Assembly: GCF_006345805.1 (NCBI RefSeq) | Contig: NW_021827196.1 | Span: 1 to 11,511 of the forward strand | DNA from: Octopus sinensis | Lineage: Eukaryota | DNA: 11,511 nt | Direction: 5' to 3' | Shown: positions 8,216 through 11,511 of the stretch, piece after piece | Numbering within the stretch: position 1 is the stretch's first letter | Layout of the letters: each line of letters opens with the position of its first letter | The notes under the pieces: model-generated | What the model was told of the DNA's origin: nothing | The model's input: the letters and a program-made list of their open reading frames with translations, nothing else | Database searches by the model: none | Program-made: the position numbers and the translations under genes

Positions 8216-8256
8216 TGCTACTACTACTACTACTACTACTACTACTGCTACTATAG
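7397..8256 (+). repeat. Copy 2 of the direct duplication of 1-872
   Basis: See the first feature; offset ~7384-7396 nt. Confidence 0.95.
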
Positions 8257-8398
8257 TTGTAAATTGTTTGTATCTGTAGCTTTTGGTTTCAGTAACTGTA
8301 TAGTAAATATACTAGATCATCAATGGTCAACCTTCTTTTGTACACGCCTTTTCTCACTGTGAGAAGGCGTGTGCATACATTGATGCATACATCCATCT

Positions 8399-8512
8399 CT
8401 ATGTATGTATGTATGTATGTATGTATGTATGTATGTATGTATGTATGTATTTATGTATGTATGTATGTATGTATGTATGTATGTATTATATATATATTCA
8501 TACATACATATA
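8399..8512 (+). repeat. (TATG)n tetranucleotide microsatellite running into (TA)n
   Basis: Directly visible. Confidence 0.95.
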
Positions 8513-8514
8513 TA

Positions 8515-8640
8515 CTTTATTTAAAAGCAGCAGAAAATTCAACAACACCTGTTACTCTGAGTTTCACGTTCCCGTTCGTCGGACAACGTGAAACTCAGAG
8601 TAACAGGTTTTGTTGAATTTTCTGCAGCTTTTAAATAAAG
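8515..8640. repeat. 56-bp inverted repeat with a 14-nt spacer; probable inverted pair of Penelope-like pseudo-LTR ends
   Basis: 8515-8570 is the reverse complement of 8585-8640 with 2 mismatches. AATAAA points outward on each strand (8634-8639 plus; 8516-8521 minus). The repeat contains a hammerhead-like motif. Confidence 0.9.
8548..8586 (-). ncRNA. Minimal type I hammerhead-like motif with a variant core (CCGACGA)
   Basis: Minus strand: TTGT-CCGACGA-ACG-GGAA-CGT-GAA-ACTC-A-GAGT-A-ACAG. Stem I TTGT/ACAG, 3-bp stem II capped by a GNRA loop, palindromic stem III, GUA triplet. Core position 4 is C rather than U. Confidence 0.6.
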
Positions 8641-8845
8641 CATATTACTCTACCACTGGTATTTGAGTACTCTTTTTTCCACCTTGTTTCACATTTCTGT
8701 GTTTACTCCGGTGTACATACATATATATATAAATATAAATATACATACGTATATGTATGTATATGTGTGTGTGTGCTTGTGTGTGTATAAATGTGTGCAT
8801 GTATATTATATATACAACAATAAGGAAAAGTATGACAATAATTCT

Positions 8846-8918
8846 CACTTGCCCAAGGTGCCACGCAGTGGTACTGAACCCGGAACCATATGGTTCGTAA
8901 GCAAGCCAACCTTACTCC
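8846..8918 (-). mobile_element. 5' tRNA-like head fragment of the SINE family at 10228-10655
   Basis: Minus strand ...GGTTCCGGGTTCAGTACCACTGCGTGGCACCTTGGGCAAGTG has a B-box-like GGTTCAGTACC and aligns to GGTCTAGTCCCAGCGCGCAGCAACTTGAGCAAGTG at ~10255-10289. Confidence 0.8.
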
Positions 8919-9202
8919 TTTGAAAATGTTCTATTAAAGAGGAATCGTTAGTTTTCATGCGTTTCATGCGTTTCATATTAAAGATTATCGAAGTTAGCTT
9001 TCAAAGAACGTGAATTTTCCATGGATCTTTTCGTAAAGGAACATTTTTTAGCCTTTGGTGTGAGGGCAAAAACGTTTTTGTAAAAGTGTAGATAATGATA
9101 TTTCAGTTACACGAAAACTATTCGGTTAAACGAAAAGTTGAACAATACGATGTTTCGTATTTTCTTCATCCTTCGCTATCAACTTTAGTTGGTATTTCTT
9201 TA

Positions 9203-9590
9203 GTGGAAGCGCAATGGCCCAGTGGTTAGGGCAGCGGACTCGCGGTCATAGGATCGCGGTTTCGATTTCCAGACCGGGCGTTGTGAGTGTTTATTGAGCG
9301 AAAACACCTAAAGCTCCACGAGGCTCCGGCAGGGGATGGTGGTGATCCCTGCTGTACTCTTTCACCACAACTTTCTCTCACTCTTACTTCCTGTTTCTGT
9401 TGTACCTGTATTTCAAAGGGCCGCCCTTGTCACTCTCTGTGTCACGCTGAATATCCCCGAGAACTACGTTAAGGGTACACGTGTCTGTGGAGTGCTCAGC
9501 CACTTACACGTTAATTTCACGAGCAGGCTGTTCCGTTGATTCGGATCAACCGGAACCCTCGTAGTCGTAGCCGACGGAGTGCTTCCATCC
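9203..9590 (+). mobile_element. Full-length tRNA-derived SINE (head resembles tRNA-Arg) with a target-site duplication
   Basis: A box TGGCCCAGTGG and B-box-like GTTTCGATTTCC in the head. The flanking direct repeat is AGTTGGTATTT(C)TTTA at 9187-9202 and 9591-9605. Confidence 0.88.
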
Positions 9591-10070
9591 AGTTGGTATT
9601 TTTTACTTAGCTTCTTCAAAAATCCGTTTCATACTAATTCATTATTAAAATAGGTTACTATAACACATCACTATAGTACGTTGAAACATCTACTAATGTT
9701 GATTCATGGGAGAGAATGCTGGAAAAATATAAGGAAATAATTTCAACAAGGCCGTCTAAGATGTAGTAGTGCTGAGATTCTTCGCCTTTTCAGAATGAGT
9801 TGTGAACGTTATTTAGGTTAAGAGTAATCTTGGTCTCGCCGCTTTTATAACATTTTATCTTTAATAATCATATGCTAATAGGTTTTTTTTTACCTACATC
9901 CATCAATTGTAACTATTCATTTTCTTGTGATTGGTATTTTAATGCATTTTTTTATTTTTTACCTCGTGTCGTGGTTTGTGATGCTGTTCTGAGCGAGGAT
10001 AATAGCACTAACGCTTGTCTCAATATATACATGCACGGTTGAGTATATCTGTAAATCTATTATTTCTCTT

Positions 10071-10076
10071 GCTACA

Positions 10077-10125
<49 letters not shown>

Positions 10126-10140
10126 ACACACACACACATA

Positions 10141-10181
<41 letters not shown>

Positions 10182-10226
10182 ACTCACTTACACAGACACA
10201 TACACACATATATACACACACACAAA
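10071..10226 (+). repeat. (CA)n microsatellite
   Basis: Directly visible. Confidence 0.95.
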
Positions 10227-10227
10227 T

Positions 10228-10655
10228 GCACCTGGAGTGGCTGTGTGGTAAGTAGGTCTAGTCCCAGCGCGCAGCAACTTGAGCAAGTGTCTTCTACTAT
10301 AGCCTCGGGTCGACCAAAACCTTGTGACTGGATTTGGTAGACGGAAACTGAAAGAAGCCCGTCGTATATATATATATATGTATATATATGTGTGTGTGTA
10401 TGTGTGTGTGTGTGTGTGTGTGTGTCTGTGTGGGTGTTTGTGTCTGTGTTTGTTCCACCAACATCGCTTGACAACCGATGCTGGTGTGTTTACGTCCCCG
10501 TAACTTAGCGGTTCGGCAAAAGAGACCGATAGAATAATTACTAAGCTTACAAAGAATAAGTCGTGGGGTCGATTTGCTCGGCTAAAGGCGGTGCTCCAGC
10601 ATGGCCACAATCAAACGACTGAAACAATTAAAAGAGAAAAAGAGAGATTAAAGAG
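10228..10655 (+). mobile_element. Near full-length octopus-type tRNA-derived SINE with an internal (TA)n(TG)n tract and an (AAAGAG)-like tail; the head carries a deletion
   Basis: A-box-like TGGCTGTGTGG at 10238-10248; CTTGAGCAAGTG resembles the start of the CORE domain; internal microsatellite 10365-10446; the 3' half matches 4061-4270. The segment seen between the boxes in the 8846-8918 copy is missing here. Confidence 0.88.
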
Positions 10656-11228
10656 TGATGAGTAACATATATAAAGGTTGGGCTAAATGTTAATGTGACG
10701 AACCGCAACCCAGATTTACAGAAATATACGTTTTTCGTAATCTGCCACAAAGATTGATTTAGGCGCAGCTTGGTGGGAAACGGAGTGGTGAGAAACAATT
10801 GTGAGGGAAATTAATGATTTGCTAAATTCATTCTTCGTCTACAGCCTTATCTTATAATTTCCTCAACGAAACACATTCTAGAAATAATACATTTCTAAAT
10901 CTCTCAGAGAGATTTACGCAGTAGCAGCACGATAAAGTGATAGCTTGTTGTCAACTTAATGTGAGAGTCCTATAAAAAGGAACTGTGAAGTCCAACAGGT
11001 AACGGTGTTTCCTAGGGTTAAATAACATAGCATTCTTCCCTTTTATGGGACTGTCACATTGACACCATGCGGAATACATTCCAGTTTTTTCTCCCCGCCT
11101 CACTTGAGTTACTGCACCGGTGAGTTTGTTATTTATTTAAGTCTGTGTATGAAAGTAGCGGTAGCCGGTAGGGGTTCGTGTCGAGTGCTGTATAAAATAT
11201 GGATCGCGTTCTTGAGAAGTCGAAATTT

Positions 11229-11256
11229 ACACTACACACAAACGCACACACACACA

Positions 11257-11301
<45 letters not shown>

Positions 11302-11500
11302 TATATATACACACATACATATATGTATATATATATATATATATGTATAATGTATTCAAACATATGCGCACATGTCAGCACAAACACGCACACACTCATA
11401 TGAATACACACAGACGCGCACACGCTCACGCACACACACATTTACACACACAGACGCACACACACTACACACACACATATATGTATATATAATATATTCA
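11229..11500 (+). repeat. (CA)n/(TA)n low-complexity tract
   Basis: Directly visible. Confidence 0.92.
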
Positions 11501-11511
11501 AACAGATACGT

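Noticed and set aside
8952-8976. Short tandem (TTTCATGCG)-type repeat, about 2.5 copies
   Set aside because: It is a minor local slippage duplication with no sign of function.
9205-9280. Possible tRNA gene
   Set aside because: It has A/B boxes but no proper cloverleaf, and it continues into a SINE body bounded by a TSD.
10879-10916. Two adjacent short hairpins (TAGAAAT/ATTTCTA; TAAATCTCT/AGAGATTTA)
   Set aside because: Stems of 7-9 bp in AT-rich DNA are plausible by chance and have no associated feature.
10965-11200. TATAAAA boxes and GT donor-like sites (CAG/GTAACG, CG/GTGAGT)
   Set aside because: I could not build a coherent exon or promoter model, and such motifs are common by chance here. 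An unseen small exon cannot be excluded without RNA-seq.
1078-11492. The many ORFs rich in HT/YI/CV/MYVC/II repeats
   Set aside because: They are stop-free frames of di-, tri- and tetranucleotide microsatellites or SINE sequence, with no recognisable domain.

Overview
Eukaryotic, microsatellite-rich, repeat-dominated DNA with no supportable host protein-coding gene. The SINE families look like Octopus (coleoid cephalopod) families; this is my recognition, not a database result. It reads as intronic or intergenic sequence. It contains several tRNA-derived SINEs or fragments, a decayed mariner transposase, TAA-repeat-associated retroelement 3' ends and a near-identical ~870 bp duplication (1-872 vs 7397-8256) that may be an assembly artefact. 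The main discovery is a non-coding ~501-nt tandem repeat (4679-6009). Each unit carries a complete minimal type I hammerhead ribozyme fold with a palindromic stem III, and a fold-back inverted copy with a fourth hammerhead on the minus strand precedes the array. This architecture fits a Penelope-like pseudo-LTR or metazoan retrozyme and predicts ~501-nt self-cleaved, possibly circular, RNAs. Two further hammerhead-like motifs with different sequences occur at 8548-8586 (inside a 56-bp inverted repeat) and 1242-1306 (degenerate). All folds were done by eye; no cleavage or expression evidence exists.
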